Positions 62,831 through 64,000 of a stretch of 64,000 bases of DNA are shown one piece after another; the first letter of the stretch is position 1; each line of letters starts with the position of its first letter. The notes under the pieces are model-generated. The model did no database searches. It saw only the letters and a list, made by a program, of their open reading frames with translations, and was not told the origin of the DNA. The DNA is from a virus (Duplodnaviria > Caudoviricetes): positions 1 to 64,000 of IMG/VR virus record IMGVR_UViG_3300032319_000846; one strand, 5' to 3'. Position numbers and translations under genes: made by a program.

Positions 62831-64000
62831 TTATGATACTGCTATAGATGATGTTCCTGACCAATTAACTTCAATATCCATTGTAGCCGCTAATGCTACA
62901 TTAGAATGTGTTATAGCTACTGTAAATCCGCTTCCACTATAAAAACTATCTATAAGAGGTATCACTGTTGCTCCTGTTATTAGTTGGTCTACTACAGCAT
63001 AATTTTGATTTACCGTTCCTCCTGCACTTACGGTTGCTGTAAAAAATATTTTTTGCATTACAGAAACAGTATTATCATTACTTCTGTAATAAATATTTAT
63101 ATCAGCACTTACAGCATTTGAAGCTCCTCCTAAAGAAAACAAAAGAACATCCTGATTTTGAGAACTTGTAGCAGTAATAGTTTTAACAAATTTTTTAATT
63201 TGGTCTGTTGCTCCAAAAGATATTCTTGGCTCTTGAAATTTAAGATAGTTGTTATATCCTGCTTTAAATATAGTACCAATTGCCTCACTCCATTTGATAA
63301 TATCAATCCATGTATTTGTTCCCCCTTTTGCCTGCAAAAATAAACTTCCTAAATAACTGAAGACACTTGAAAGTCTTGCTCTAAAATTATCTGAATTTAG
63401 ATTACTTCCCTGAAGAGTGAGAGAATTAGGAATAAATCCTAATGTATCTAAATTACTTGTAAAATCTGTTACTCTTTTTGCAAGAATACATATATTTTTA
63501 TTACAGTTTGCAGTTTCATTTAATGTATAAAACCCACTACCCGGAGTTGCTTCATTTGTTTCAATTGCAAAGTTTGAAGCATAATCCAAATCAAAAACGT
63601 GTCCTGACATTGAATCTGCTGTAATTCTATGAATATTGAAATCTTCAGCATGAAACGCTTTAATGTAACTTACTCCTCCTGTTGCCCAACAGAAATTAAA
63701 TGTGATGTTTGTAATGTAAGAAGCCCCTGAAGTCATTCCATCAGCTTTGCATACATACCTACCTCCTGCTGTTTTCATATTATTGAATACAACAAAGTAA
63801 GTACCCCATACATCTCCTGAATTTCCGGGAAGCAATTGGATAATATCTATTGCAGAATTTCCTGAAATATCAAACACACAACTGTTAAAAGAAGCATTCC
63901 AAAGTCCATCAATTTTAACAATAGTGTTTCCTAACGTAGCATTACTGCTTGTCCAGTTTAACCCATCTCCAATAAAGTTTTTCTTTCTTGTCCACAAGAA
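62831..64000 (-). CDS. tailspike/tail fibre protein, partial (5' end beyond window)
   Basis: Open frame runs to the window edge; beta-helix-like composition. Confidence 0.65.
   Translation of the reverse strand, partial: FLWTRKKNFIGDGLNWTSSNATLGNTIVKIDGLWNASFNSCVFDISGNSAIDIIQLLPGNSGDVWGTYFVVFNNMKTAGGRYVCKADGMTSGASYITNITFNFCWATGGVSYIKAFHAEDFNIHRITADSMSGHVFDLDYASNFAIETNEATPGSGFYTLNETANCNKNICILAKRVTDFTSNLDTLGFIPNSLTLQGSNLNSDNFRARLSSVFSYLGSLFLQAKGGTNTWIDIIKWSEAIGTIFKAGYNNYLKFQEPRISFGATDQIKKFVKTITATSSQNQDVLLFSLGGASNAVSADINIYYRSNDNTVSVMQKIFFTATVSAGGTVNQNYAVVDQLITGATVIPLIDSFYSGSGFTVAITHSNVALAATMDIEVNWSGTSSIAVS

Noticed and set aside
1-64000. Stop-codon reassignment as in some crAss-like phages
   Set aside because: Long genes are intact in the standard code, TAG and TGA terminate genes with normal packing, and the only tRNA is Arg, not a suppressor.
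1-64000. CRISPR array, diversity-generating retroelement or integrase
   Set aside because: No regularly spaced repeats, no reverse transcriptase motif, no near-identical TR/VR pair and no recombinase motifs seen.

Overview
This is a 64 kb, very AT-rich segment of a large dsDNA bacteriophage. The host is most likely a Bacteroidota, because the promoters match TTG-N19-21-TAnnTTTG and the leaders are A-rich without Shine-Dalgarno sites; the overall layout is crAss-like or flavobacterial-phage-like. There are three blocks. (1) A leftward block (1-2543) carries tRNA-Arg(UCU) and a GIY-YIG endonuclease. (2) A long rightward block (~2667-50252) starts with small early ORFs separated by highly structured spacers and includes an antisense RepL-like gene. 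It continues with replication genes (PolA, SF2 helicase, DnaB-like helicase, AAA/Sak4-like ATPase, SSB-like protein, primase), RNA repair (RNA ligase + Pnk), and a five-enzyme phiEco32-like peptide-ligase cluster whose first gene is split by a group I intron carrying a LAGLIDADG ORF. It ends with nucleotide-metabolism genes (degenerate UNG, DUF1599-like, ThyX, MazG-like), free-standing nucleases and a secreted glucosaminidase. (3) A convergent leftward block (50294-64000) encodes tail fibre, tailspike and carbohydrate-binding virion proteins. The most notable observations are: a repeated 'host promoter embedded in a start-codon-sequestering hairpin' module upstream of nuclease and wall-hydrolase genes; beta-clamp-binding-like motifs on PolA and the helicase; a fully resolvable group I intron in an amidoligase gene; and a catalytically degenerate UNG. 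All functional calls come from motifs recognised by eye; no database searches were run.
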